From contig NIVC01001534.1 in NCBI GenBank assembly GCA_002269645.1, positions 1 to 42,759 on the forward strand: a stretch of 42,759 nucleotides of DNA. Direction: 5' to 3'. Numbering within the stretch: the stretch's first letter is position 1; every line of letters starts with the position of its first letter. Source of the stretch: Macrostomum lignano. Taxonomy: Eukaryota. The position numbers and the translations under genes were made by a program. Positions 11,724 through 23,435 of the stretch are shown in pieces. Under the pieces are notes generated by a model. That model was not told the origin of the DNA and searched no databases. It saw nothing but the letters and a program-made list of their open reading frames with translations.

Positions 11724-12772
11724 CTGGTGTAGTAGGAAAGGGAGTGCATAATATCACAGAATATTATGTGAGATAATATAAACTGTTTTAACGGAACCAC
11801 AATATCACACAAATTTTAGACACTGATCATCATTTTTAAGTAAAAACATATAACCTATTTCATTTTGCCACTACTTGAGTGATTAGAATACACACTACAC
11901 ATCGGCAAGTGGCTTTTGACAGTCTAACTATCAAGTAGCATTAATATTAATATAATAATATTAATATTTTTAAAAAAAGAATAAGTAGTGAGATAATGGC
12001 AAGACTTTTTAAAGGAATACGACACCCCATTCTCTCACATTATCGCAAGATACTCGGCACATCGCTACAATCAAAGATCGTGTAATATTGGAGGATAATT
12101 TCTTGAAAAACTTCACTGCGGAGATAGGGAAAATCATTTTTTTCATTACAAATCAATTGATTGAATTTGACCTGGTGTAGTGAAGACGACCATTTTTTAT
12201 TTAGCACGTTACATGTCACATGTTACTACTCTGCTGTATTTTATATAGTTGTGCAGCGAAAGGTTTATCTTCATATTGTTTTCTTTTTTATTTCATAAGC
12301 CCAAGCCTAAGTTGTACGAGTAATTCAATACTCACAAGTGATTTTTTTGTGTTTTGTTCCTTCTTGACTCAAGATTTGTGATAACACTGTTGCATGTAGC
12401 TATGCTGCAATTTGCCCTAAGCTAAGCCTTGGATTCAAAATTTATATAGCTTTCAAAAGATACTATGAAAAATGGTATAGGTAAAGATTGTCTACATTTT
12501 ATTATTTATTTTGTGATGAAAACAATTAAAAAGTAAGACGTAGTACTACAGTGGTCCTTGGATGGAATCTTGGAAAATAAGTTGCTAAGTGTAAACAATG
12601 GCCACTGCAAAGGGCTGAGGAGGATTTGCCTCGTTTCCAAGCTCCTGTTTATCTGCTCTATAGCTTCTAAGCAGCAGCCAATCACAAGAGCGACTTGATT
12701 TCTATACAAAAATGTGTGATTAAATGGATTTTCGGCAAGAATTATTTTGAATCTATTTTACCAGAGCTAGTC

Positions 12773-13528
12773 ATGAAATTATCACTAATATTATTAATAC
12801 TAATAAATCTTGGAAGCTCCAACGGCCAAGATCAATGCTTAGTAAGAAGTACTTTTACTGAAATCGACGGATATCTCTGCATTAATAGTCGGTACAGACA
12901 GGTATACGGCCTAGTAACGCTGCAGTTAGGTTGCGCAATTCTATGTAGCCACAACCGGCGCTGTCAGGCGTTCAGCCTGGCTGACGGTCCGTGCCAGCTG
13001 TTCGTGTTCGACAAGTGCAGCAAGTCGGTGAGGGACTGCGGCTGCTCCAGGAGAGGCCGGGTGTTTGTGAAGCAGCAGCCGGGACTCGAGGCCGGCGCGC
13101 TGTGTCCGTCTGGCTACGGAGACGACCTGTGCGGAGTGAAGTACAAGGTGTACAACGGCATCGGAGACTGGTCGGTGAGCAGACAGAAGTGCGAGTCGGA
13201 GAGCGGCCTGGTGATCATGGCCGACGTGGTGGATGCCACCGAGATGAGCCACGTGGACTATATTTTCTCTGAACGCAGCCCGACGAATTCCTTCTATCTC
13301 GGAGGATTTCAGCCCAATGGCAGCGCTGAGCCCGCCGGAGGCTGGTACTGGGTCGGCTGCAACATCACCCTGGACGGCAGCGTAGTCTGGGCTACTAATG
13401 AGCCGGACAACGGCGGAAACGAAAATGTCGTGTCTCGCTATCTAGGCAAAAACAAGCTGGTCGACGTCAGCGAAAACAGTTATTTGGTTTCTGCAGTGCT
13501 GTGCGAGTGCCTGTCGCCATTCAACTGA
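12773..13528 (+). CDS. Secreted PAN/apple-like + short EGF-like + C-type lectin domain protein, 251 aa, intronless, nested antisense in PRMT3 intron 3
   Basis: Signal peptide MKLSLILLILINLGSSNG; PAN-like CAILCSHNRRCQAFSLADGPCQL; CPSGYGDDLC; CTLD motifs WSVSRQKCE, FYLGG, WYWV, WATNEPDNGGNE and LCE. Acceptor TTTTACCAG lies 8 nt before the ATG; AATAAA at about 13580. Confidence 0.85.
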   Translation: MKLSLILLILINLGSSNGQDQCLVRSTFTEIDGYLCINSRYRQVYGLVTLQLGCAILCSHNRRCQAFSLADGPCQLFVFDKCSKSVRDCGCSRRGRVFVKQQPGLEAGALCPSGYGDDLCGVKYKVYNGIGDWSVSRQKCESESGLVIMADVVDATEMSHVDYIFSERSPTNSFYLGGFQPNGSAEPAGGWYWVGCNITLDGSVVWATNEPDNGGNENVVSRYLGKNKLVDVSENSYLVSAVLCECLSPFN

Positions 13529-13693
13529 CCATTTAACTATCTTGGAGCCTGACATAGAATACTTAAAAGAGTTCTCAAATAAATAAAATTCTTTACGTAA
13601 ACCCTATATTTAGAAAAGTTCATCTCGTTTTTCTCAGTTTTTTCGCAGTCTCAACTGTACACAATGTAACAGCGCCAATAACAAATACAACTT

Positions 13694-14442
13694 ATCACAC
13701 ACAGTGATTACCCCACACAGAGTATCACACACAGTGATTACCCCACACAGAGTATCCCACACAGTGATTACTCCACACAGAGTATCACACACAGTGATTA
13801 CCCCACACAGAGTATCCCACACAGTGATTACCCCACACAGAGTATCCCACAGTGATTACCCCACACAGAGTATCCCACACAGTGATTACCCCACAGAGTA
13901 TCCCACACAGTGATTACTCCACACAGAGTATCACACACAGTGATTACTCCACACAGAGTATCCCACACAGTGATTACTCCACACAGAGTATCACACACAG
14001 TGATTACCCCACACAGAGTATCCCACACAGTGATTACCCCACACAGAGTATCCCACAGTGATTACCCCACACAGAGTATCCCACACAGTGATTACCCCAC
14101 ACAGAGTATCCCACACAGTGATTACCCCACACAGAGTATCCCACACAGTGATTACTCCACACAGAGTATCACACACAGTGATTACCCCACACAGAGTATC
14201 CCACACAGTGATTACCCCACACAGAGTATCCCACACAGTGATTACCCCACACAGAGTATCCCACACAGTGATTACTCCACACAGAGTATCACACACAGTG
14301 ATTACCCCACACAGAGTATCCCACACAGTGATTACCCCACACAGAGTATCCCACACAGTGATTACCCCACACAGAGTATCCCACACAGTGATTACTCCAC
14401 ACAGAGTATCACACACAGTGATTACCCCACAGAGTATCCCAC
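13694..14442. repeat. 30-bp minisatellite, about 25 copies (ACAGTGATTACCCCACACAGAGTATCCCAC)
   Basis: Direct reading; gives the spurious 10-aa repeat ORFs (VITPHRVSHT). Confidence 0.98.
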
Positions 14443-14904
14443 AAATCATCGAAAGCCAAGAACAATTACAGTTTCAAACAATGCAAATATTGCCATACTA
14501 TCTATATCAATCAGAGAAAAAAAAGTTTAAATTGTCAACAGGACAATTACCTGCTGAATAGCTATGGAAAATCAATACCCAATGAGGAATAAATTCTATT
14601 TTTTTGCAGTCATGGCAGATAATACCAGAGATTAAATTGAAACAGTCGATATAGATTTTATTTAGGCGCCGAAAAATGGTAAAAAAGCATTATAATCCTT
14701 TCGGAAATCGAATGCATCTCGGAAATTTATTGCAACACAACACCTATACCTGCATTGTTATCGATTCAACTGACTGACTAGAGTCAGGATTCCGTTATTT
14801 CTTTCTATTGTTCTTAACAACCAGATCAGAACCATCCGGCTCGAAAAATTTTATCTTAAATAATAATTTTCATTTTGCTTTTAATTAGCTGCCAAGGCTT
14901 AAAC

Positions 14905-15452
14905 AGGGAATTGCTGAGATGCCATTGCTAACTAGCGGGGATTGCTGAAATGCCATTGGTAACTAGTGGTGATTGCTGAGATGCCAATGCTTACTAGGGG
15001 TGATTGCTGAGATGCCAATGCTCAATAGGGGGGATTGCTGAGATGCCAATGCTCACTAGGGAGAATTGCTGAGATGCCAATGCTCACTAGGGGCATTGCT
15101 GAGATGCCAATGCTCACTAGGGAGAATTGCTGAGATGCCAATGCTCACTAGGGGGCATTGCTGAGATGCCAATGCTCACTAGGGGGCATTGCTGAGATGC
15201 CAATGCTCACTAGGGAGAATTGCTGAGATGCCAATGCTCACTAGGGGGCATTGCTGAGATGCCAATGCTCACTAGGGAGAATTGCTGAGATGCCAATGCT
15301 CACTAGGGAGAATTGCTGAGATGCCAATGCTCACTAGGGGGCATTGCTGAGATGCCAATGCTCACTAGGGAGAATTGCTGAGATGCCAATGCTCACTAGG
15401 GGGGGATTTCTGAGATGCCAATGCTTACTAGGGGGCATTGCTGAGATGCAAG
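14905..15452. repeat. 30-31-bp minisatellite (ATTGCTGAGATGCCAATGCTCACTAGGG...)
   Basis: Direct reading; about 17-18 copies. Confidence 0.97.
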
Positions 15453-15574
15453 TGCCAATAGAAGACAAGAGAAATACCCTTAAACACAGAAACAAACGCA
15501 TTCATACACAAAACTAGCAGCAATAAGAAAGACTCAGCATGCACAGCAGGCAAAAGCCGCTGGTCAACACTCAC

Positions 15575-15918
15575 CTAGCATAGAGCACACTCTCCAACAT
15601 GCCCTCGTACAGCAGGCAGTAGCCCATCCATTCGGATACAATCGCGTCAACTTTGACTCCAACTTTGAGCTCATCGAGCTGCTCCAATTTGCCCCGATAG
15701 AAGCTAATCCGATTTTCGAGTCCATTTTCTGCGGCCGCCTCTTTAGCGCGCGCGATCACCTCGGCGCAGTCGACTGCGAGCACTTTAGCGGCGCCGGCGC
15801 GGGCGGCGAACATGCTCAGAATGCCGGTGCCGCAGCCGACGTCCATGACAACGCGTTCGTTAAATAGCAACGGATTACCGGCGATGAAATCGTGATAACC
15901 GCCAGTACGAATGCGGTC
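15575..15918 (-). CDS. PRMT3: PRMT3 exon 3 (SAM-binding core)
   Basis: CACAG|GAC CGC...GCT AG|GTGAGT; 344 nt, phase 0/2; motif I VMDVGCGTGILSMFAARAGA and double-E loop IVSEWMGYCLLYEGML. Confidence 0.96.
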
Positions 15919-15964
15919 CTGTGTGACAGTTGCGTTAGTTTTTTAGTAAGGGTTAGGTTTATAT

Positions 15965-16931
15965 TTTTCCTCTCTCCTATTCTCTTCTCTTTCCTCTCTT
16001 CTTCTCTCATCTCCCTTCTTTCCTCTCCTCTCCTCTCTTCTCCCTTCTCTTCTCTCCTCTCCTCTCCTCACCTCTCCCTTCCTTTCCTCTCCTCTCCTCT
16101 CCTCTCCCTTCTCTTCTCTCCTCTCCTCTCCTCACCTCTCCTCTCCTCTCCTCTCCCTTCTTTCCTCTCCCTTCTTTCCTCTCCTCTCCTCTCCCTTCTT
16201 TCCTCTCCTCTCCTCTCCCTTCTTTCCTCTCCTCTCCTCTCCCTTCTTTCCTCTCCTCTCCTCTCCCTTCTTTCCTCTCCTCTCCTCTCCCTTCTTTCCT
16301 CTCCCTTCTTTCCTCTCCTCTCCTCTCCCTTCTTTCCTCTCCTCTCCTCTCCTTCTTTCCTCTCCTCTCCTCTCCCTTCTTTCCTCTCCCTTCTTTCCTC
16401 TCCTCTCCTTTCCCTTCTTTCCTCTCCCTTCTTTCCTCTCCTCTCCTCTCCCTTCTTTCCTCTCCCTTCTTTCCTCTCCTCTCCTCTCCCTTCTTTCCTC
16501 TCCTCTCCTCACCTCTCCTCTCCTCTCCTTCTTTCCTCTCCTCTCCTCTCCCTTCACTTCTCTCCTCTCCTCACCTCTCCTTTCCTCTCCCTTCTTTCCT
16601 CTCCCTTCTTTCCTCTCCTCTCCCTAGGCTTCTTTCCTCTCCTCTCCTCTCCTCTCCTCTCCCTTCTTTCCTCTCCTCTCACTTCTTTCCTCTCCCTTCT
16701 TTCCTCTCCTCTCTTCTCCTCTCCCTTTTTTCCTCTCCTCTCTGTTCTTCCCTCATCTTTCATCTTCTCTCCTCTTCTCTTCATTTTCTTCTCTCCTCTT
16801 TTCTTGTTATTCGTCTTTCGTCACTCCTTTTCTCTCCCCTTCCCTTTTCTTTTCTCTTCTCTTCTCTCCTCTCCTTTCTCTCCCCTAGCTCGCAGTCATG
16901 CGCTAGGTTCTCCAAAGTTTGTCAACCATTG
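15965..16931. mobile_element. CT-rich microsatellite plus right end of a hAT-like MITE (copy A) in PRMT3 intron 2
   Basis: A TCTCC/CCTCT tract (15965-16885) is followed by CTAGCTCGCAGTCATGCGCTAG and TIR-like GTTTGTCAACCATTG (16917-16931), shared with copies at 19190 and 33327. Confidence 0.6.
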
Positions 16932-17060
16932 ACTTAGAAACACATTTTTTACAAAACTAAAATTCTTCAAAACATACTTTTCAACAAATCAATGCTTTTT
17001 AGATGGTTTCAGATTAAAATAAAAGAGAAAAACATTTAATACTTAAAAGCTAAGACTTAC

Positions 17061-17433
17061 CTGCAGCATCTCAGCGTGTATAGATGCGCCACTGTAGCTG
17101 TCAACATAGTAGCCATCTTCATCGTCCTTCAACTCGGCAATCGTACGCGAACTGGCAGCTGGAATGACGTCATCGCTGTTTCCACCCAGAGCGAATCGTC
17201 TGAGCACGGTTGACATGCTGACAATTTGAGTTTTCAACGATTCAACTTGCAACTCTAATTCAACTATGCGCTGGTCTTTGTCAATGGCCTGACTGTTAGA
17301 GTTTGACTTGCCAGCTGCTCTGAGATCAGCGGTGGCATGCAGTCCCTGCGATTGTAGAAGTTCTTCAATGTCGACTTCGTACATCAGCGGATCGTCAATG
17401 TCACCAACAGGCGCTGATGGTATTGTGTTGTCA
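17061..17433 (-). CDS. PRMT3: PRMT3 exon 2
   Basis: CTCAG|T GAC...CTG CAG|GTAAGT; 373 nt, phase 2/0; encodes IDDPLMYEVDIEEL, a coiled segment and YYVDSYSGASIHAEMLQ. Confidence 0.92.
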
Positions 17434-17656
17434 CTGAGTTAACGGAAAGGCGGAAAGAGAACCTCAACACCTGGTTCGATTCCGTGAACGGCCGCATTAG
17501 TCTAGTAAGGCTTGTGCACTAAAATTGGGATTCACACCAATGTGAGAGCCAACCCCCCGAGGCACACAGAGTGTACATGCCTGACGCCAAAGGGCCGCTG
17601 TACACTCAGGAGCCAGCGGAATGAGCATCCTGGATAACCCTCCTACATGCATTATG

Positions 17657-18412
17657 GGCAGTGAAGGGACGGTGAATACGCAATGCAGGCATGGTAAATA
17701 GGCAGTGAAGGGATGGTGGATAAGCAGTGAAAGGGACGGTGTCTACGGTAAATGAGCAGTGAAGGAACGGTGAATGAGCAGTGAAGGGACGGTGAATGAG
17801 CAGTGAAGGGACGGTGAATGAGCAGTGAAGGGATGGTGAATGGGCAGTGAAGGAACGGTGAATGAGCAGTGAAGGGACGGTGAATGAGCAGTGAAGGGAC
17901 GGTGAATGAGCAGTAAAGGGACGGTGAATGAGCAGTGAAGGGACGGTGAATGAGCAGTGAAGGGATGGTGAATGAGAAGTGAAGGAACGGTGAATGAGCA
18001 GTGAAGGGACGGTGAATGAGCAGTGAAGGGACGGTGAATGAGCAGTGAAGGGATGGTGAATGAGAAGTGAAGGAACGGTGAATGAGCAGTGAAGGGACGG
18101 TGAATGAGCAGTGAAGGGACGGTGAATGAGCAGTAAAGGGACGGTGAATGAGCAGTGAAGGGACGGTGAATGAGTAGTGAAGGATGGTGAATGAGAAGTG
18201 AAGGAACGGTGAATGAGCAGTGAAGGGACGGTGAATGAGCAGTGAAGGGACGGTGAATGAGCAGTAAAGGGACGGTGAATGAGCAGTGAAGGGACGGTGA
18301 ATGAGTAGTGAAGGATGGTGAATGAGAAGTGAAGGAACGGTGAATGAGCAGTGAAGGGACGGTGAATGAGCAGTAAAGGGACGGTGAATGAGCAGTGAAA
18401 GGACGGTGAATG
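17657..18412. repeat. 22-bp minisatellite (GTGAATGAGCAGTGAAGGGACG) in PRMT3 intron 1
   Basis: Direct reading; about 33 copies. Confidence 0.98.
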
Positions 18413-18595
18413 GACTGACATTGATAAAACATTGCAACATCATATCTCAGAGGCTTAGCAAGGTGCTTAGTTTTGAATTTATTATAAAATTTTATAGGTA
18501 AAAATGTATCAATATTAGTAACTATATTGTTAGACCCTTGATGAAAATACACTACTACTAACCACACCTACAGAATCAGTAGTATAAAAACTCAC

Positions 18596-18951
18596 CCACT
18601 GCCATCCTGAACGGCACCAGCTGTTACTCGAAACTCGTCCAACAGCTGTTGGAGCCTACCATCCTCAGTTGTTGTTGCATTGAAATTCTTGCTACGAACA
18701 AAAGCCACAAACTGTACCCAGGTGGGCTGATCCTGCACACCAATGCTGACTAATAAACTGGCAAAATTGGCAATACCATGAGCAGCTGGCAAATGTTTAT
18801 TGATTAAATCATCCAAATCAACTGAAGCTTGGTTGCGACAGAAAAGACACTGGAGACGAGACTGTCCTATGCTCATGTCAGTGTCTCCATCATTAGCTAG
18901 CTCAACATAATCATCATCATTATCATCGCTATCACTGCCGCAGTTATTCAT
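18596..18951 (-). CDS. PRMT3: PRMT3 exon 1 (acidic N-terminus and C2H2 zinc finger)
   Basis: ATG at 18951, acidic stretch, CLFC-x14-H-x4-H and WVQFVAFVRS, matching the PRMT3-specific zinc-finger region; donor GG|GTGAGT, 356 nt, phase 2. The six exons join to 1644 nt = 547 aa + stop. Confidence 0.88.
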
Positions 18952-19189
18952 ACCAACAGTAGTATAGTCAGTCTGAAAGCTGATTTTTCAAAATAAAATA
19001 TCAAATATGTTTAAAAAACAATGGGTACATACTATGGTTATTAAGCAACCTAAAATTAGTTTTAGTTTCTATACTATATCTAAATGAACAATCAATGAAA
19101 AACTGCGCATGCAATAACCAGATTTAATAATACACAGAATGCATTTAAATGGATATCTCAAGGCTCTAATCTAAGATATGTAGAGTCTA

Positions 19190-19541
19190 CAAGGGTCAGC
19201 AAACGCCGGCCTTCAAAGCCTCTCTATCCAGACCTTGGGGTCTTTTGAAACTTCACGATGGCTATCCCACCTGCTTAAGGTTTGTGTCTTGTCTTACCTA
19301 CTCTTTTTTGTCTCCTCTCCTCTACTCTCTCCTTTTTGTCCCTTCCCCTCTCCCCTCTCTTATATCATCACTCCTATACTCTTGTCTCCTCTCTTCTTTA
19401 TTCTTTCACCTCTCTTTTCTCTAATCTCTCTTTTCTCTAATCTCTCTTCTCTATTCCCTCTCCTTTTTCTTCCTCATCTGGCCCGCAGTCATGCGCTAGT
19501 CTCTATCTAGCCCTTAAGGCAACAAAGTTTGCTAACCCCTT
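19190..19541. mobile_element. hAT/Charlie-like MITE (copy B) with an internal CT tract
   Basis: Imperfect TIRs AAGGGTCAGCAAAC (19191-19204) and GTTTGCTAACCCCT (19527-19540; 12/14 match); subterminal CTGGCCCGCAGTCATGCGCTAG. No 8-bp TSD is visible. Confidence 0.6.
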
Positions 19542-20649
19542 ATGTAAAGAATCCTTTGGAATAGGTATTATTAGATAAGCAAAGTGCTTAATTCTTAATT
19601 TAAATGTTTTCAAAAGCATAACTAGGTGATAGAAAAAATATAGTTTTAGTAGAAAAGAATTCAAAACTTTATAGAAATAGCAAAATTTAGAAATTTGCAA
19701 TATTAAATATCAAAGATAATCCTATGATAATAACATATATCTCTTTTATATGCTTATGTATAACTACTTTATAACATGAAATTTAGCCTAGTGAAGTTAA
19801 TGGTAGACTTGTGAATAAAAGGCTAGGGGTAGATTCTTTAACATACTTAAAATAGTTTTTATCCTCAAGCAAGAACTTACTAAAGCAAGCCAAATGTAAG
19901 GAGCTACAATCTAGTCAAACTTAAAAATTTAACAATAATCAATAAAAACTAACTATATAACTTTCAATAGTATGATTATAAGATGTTCTAGCAATTAATT
20001 ATAAGATGTTCTAGTATATTGAAAGTAATGGTAAGAGGGCAGCTGCTATTGTACTTTCATTTACAGTTTACAAAATTGATGTTTCTAAGAATCATGATTT
20101 CCTTTACTTCAGATACATAGACCTATCCTTGCCATCTATCTGTGTGAGACTAGTTAGCAAAAAGGTTATTAGGAGTTAGGAATCCTCTGAGAGCTAAACT
20201 TAGACATGCTCAAGCATGGACAATTTTAGTCAGTGCCAAGACTGTGCCACTTAGGCCATTTGCAACCATTGAGTCCTGTCAATTAGACATTGAAATCTCT
20301 GAGACTAGTTGATAACTGTTCTAGCATTATTTATTTGCATAGGACCCAAACAGGGCCTTTCATTGTGGATTTTATGGTACTTACGCTGATAGCAAACCTT
20401 TAATTTTAGATTTTTTCCTAGTTTTAGTCCTCATACACATCCTTGATAAGGTTGCTTTGGGCATCAGCAGTCCCTATCAACCCTGCAATAATAGTGAAAG
20501 CCAAACCCAAAAGCACAATACTAGTGGCAGCAGTAGAATAGACACCAAGGCCCTGAGCAACCAACTAGCCAGTACTATAATGGTGGCAGCAGTGGGATTC
20601 TTGGCAATTTCATCATTGCCCATACAAGCAACCAAGATCTAAAACATGT

Positions 20650-20870
20650 CAGTGGTAACAATGGTGGGATACAAACCAAACAACTAAAAAACCAAAACCT
20701 ACAGTACATCACAAGCATATTCAATGGCACAATGCAGCTCTGCAAATATTTTGTAGTAGATTCTTTTTTCAAATACTGCATTTTAGAAATCCAAGACATT
20801 CTTGATGGGATTTATATCTAGGGACTAGAAAGGTCAACAGAGTGCATAGCTGTATCATTAGCTTACAATA
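20650..20870 (-). pseudogene. Highly degraded Tc1/mariner transposase fragment (C-terminal catalytic region)
   Basis: Minus-strand translation from 20836 is *PF*SLDINPIKNVLDF*NAVFEKRIYYKIFAELHCAIEYACDVL. It matches the Tc1 motif WPxQSPDLNPIENVW; each mismatch needs only one substitution (TGG>TGA, CAG>TAG, CCA>CTA, GAG>AAG, TGG>TTG). Confidence 0.5.
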
Positions 20871-22404
20871 ATAGCATGATCACCTTAGACAATCCCAAAT
20901 TAGCAATGCACTCCAGGTGTACCATAAGAAGCACTTGTAATAAGTGAGTAAAATGTATCCCACTTGGAGGAAAAAACTTGACTGTTGCTGAGTATATTAT
21001 ACCAAATCTGAAATTTAAAACTAAACCTACCTTAGTAAGTTTCAAAAATGGCTAGCTAGTCTAATAGATAATTAATTTCTTTTTCTTTCTGTAATCAATA
21101 TAGTTTTTCATATTAAAAGTTGTTTTATAGTTGAAGACAATAAAAAAAGTCAAAAATTTGTAAACAATGTTATAATATATTATTATATATTATTATATCT
21201 TATATCTAAAGCTGAGTGGGTCGATCGATCGATCAATCAACCAGCCGGGTTTAACGCGTATCTCCTCCTAGATGGCTAGCAACTCAAATGCGGGACTTAT
21301 ATATATCAATGCAGAATTTTCCTACACAACAAATAGGCTATTTTAATGTTAAAAAATTAAAAGTTGAGTCCATTAAAAAAGCAGAAAACTGTTTTCTTAA
21401 CCTTCTTTGGCCACTTTGCCTCTTCAGTGGAGGGTAGTGGCATAAATTGTAAAAACAACCTCCCCAACCTCCCCCGCGGGCCGCTGTGTATTGGAAGGGT
21501 GGGTGACGCGTGTTCTGGGTTCAATGCAAATAAAACCCCGCGTGTTTGGGGTGCAGTTAAATTTAATGATTTCCCCGGCACGGGGGGTTGCTTTTGGCTG
21601 AGTGTACATAGCAGTTGTACAGTGTAAACAGATAGATAGGATAGGACTGTGTCGAGATTCAATTGGTTTTATTATTGGCGCCTTTTTCCATAGGCAGCCC
21701 TGTGTATTAGCTTGGCAGTTGGCAGTGAATAAACTTGCGAGCTTCTCTAGCAAACAGTCAGGAAATCGGTAAATTTCAAACGCTAACTGTTCCTCGAGTT
21801 TTAAACTTTGAGAGGAGAGGCTTATATTTCTGGAAAGATCTTGCAACGCTGAGTTCGGGGATATAAGTTGTTTGCTTTAAATATAAAAACTAAAAGCTCT
21901 GCATTGGGAAAACTATTTTCATACTTTTTACTTTTTGCAAAGATTGTACTCATTTTGGGGTTCAATGGGGGTTTGATTCGATGGACCCCCCCCCAACAGT
22001 TGGGCGGTTCAATTTCTAGCTGCCACTGCGTATTGGAAGGGGGTCGGTCGCTGTGTATTGGACAGTTGATTTAGATTGCGCAATCTTTTTGTTAACTTTA
22101 CCTGAGGCTGAGAGTCTGAGACTGATTCTGACTGACAGAAATAAACTGCGCAATCAATTATTGATTCAATTAGCTCAATTTTTATTGGCCCCTTTTAACA
22201 CGCAGCTGTGCAGCTCCAACCCTAACCCTAACAAATTAATCTTGAGAGCTGATTCTTTTTGACAGAGAAAATTTTGATTGAGTCCAGTTTCATAAAGAGA
22301 ATTTTGATGGTTTCAGAAATTCAGTTTCATGGAGAGGATTTCGGTTTCGCGGAGAGGATTTCTGTTTCCCTGAGAGAATTTTGATGGATTTGGCATCTTC
22401 AGTC

Positions 22405-22926
22405 AGTCAGAAAAGAGAGTAAAGAGAAGAGAGAAAAGAGAGGAGGGAAGAGATGATAAAAAACAGGCTAGAAATGAGAGAGGAGAGATTAGACATGACA
22501 GATGGGAGAAAAGAGGGGAGTAAGGTGGGAACGAAGAGGGAGAGAGAAGAAAAGAGGAGGGAAATGAAAGGGAATATATGAGATAGCAGAGGGAGACAGG
22601 AGAGATGAGAGGAGAGAGAAGAGAGGAGCTTAGAGTAGAGGAGAAAGAAAGAGTGAGATGAGAGATGAGGGATGAGAGATGAGATAGGAGAGAAGAAAGA
22701 AGAGAGGAGAGAGTAGAAAACAGGGGAGAAAGGAGACAGGAGAGAGTATAGATGAAAGACGAGGGAGAAGAGATAAATAAGGTGGTAGAGATGAGAGAAG
22801 TGAGAGGAGAGAGAAGCGAGAGAAGGGAGAGAGGAGAGATGAGAGAATTAAGAGAAGAAAGTAGTGAGGAGAGGAGAGATAAGAGATGCGATGAGAAGAG
22901 AAGAGAGAAGAGATTAGACAGAAGAA
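22405..22926. repeat. Degenerate GA-rich low-complexity tract
   Basis: Direct reading. Confidence 0.9.
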
Positions 22927-23202
22927 GCTGAGTCTGGACAATTGCAGTCAGTTTTTGCAAACAGGGAAAATAAGATATGGTATTTGAAAGGCTTTACAGA
23001 TGATGGAGATGATTTGGAAAATGGGATTGAAGTCATGTAGGAATTTCAGCTGATGGATTTCAGGGAATGGAATTCTGGTGATGGGAGTTCTTCCCCTTTC
23101 TCCTCCATTGGAGGAGTTGGCCTCGTATTGTCATATATGCCCAACCTCAAAATTTTGCTTATCTGGTATGACTTAGTTTTGTACAGATTTGCAACTTAGT
23201 TC

Positions 23203-23435
23203 TGTTGTGTATGCGGCTTGTACACTGGTTAGGGTTCTTGCGTTCTGATTGGCTGGGGGTTTTGTCTGTCTGCCCAGATCTGACTAGGCCAAGTGGGGGG
23301 TTTGCTGAATCATGCTGGTTAGTAGGTAAATTATAATATAAGTGCGCACCAGCCTTTCAAGCCTTTGTTACTTTTCTACCTTGCAATCGCTTCTTGCATC
23401 TTATTCATTTGGCTATGCTGCCTCAAGGTACAACA
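23203..23435 (+). repeat. 5' LTR (233 bp)
   Basis: TGTTGTGTATGCGG...GGTACAACA; aligns to 27424-27657 with about 22 substitutions plus a few indels by eye. Confidence 0.95.

Noticed and set aside
13697-14420. RAG/Transib recombination-signal heptamer CACAGTG in every 30-bp unit
   Set aside because: No nonamer at 12/23 spacing and no transposase nearby; a 7-mer amplified along with the monomer.
13634-14561. Repetitive-protein ORFs here and at 2744, 3737, 4864-5516, 10911-11481, 15892-16784, 17606-18567, 22403, 33351, 34507-36103 and 39687-40523
   Set aside because: They are translations of tandem or low-complexity DNA, open on both strands, and mostly lie inside well-defined introns.
20100-20400. 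Second Gypsy RT fragment on the minus strand (LSEDS*LLITF)
   Set aside because: Only a few matching residues amid many stops; not distinguishable from chance without a search.
21425-22028. CAGTGG-type TIR pair defining a MITE
   Set aside because: Only 10/13 match and there is no target-site duplication.
22219-22232. Interstitial telomeric repeat (CCCTAA)
   Set aside because: Only about two units; expected by chance.
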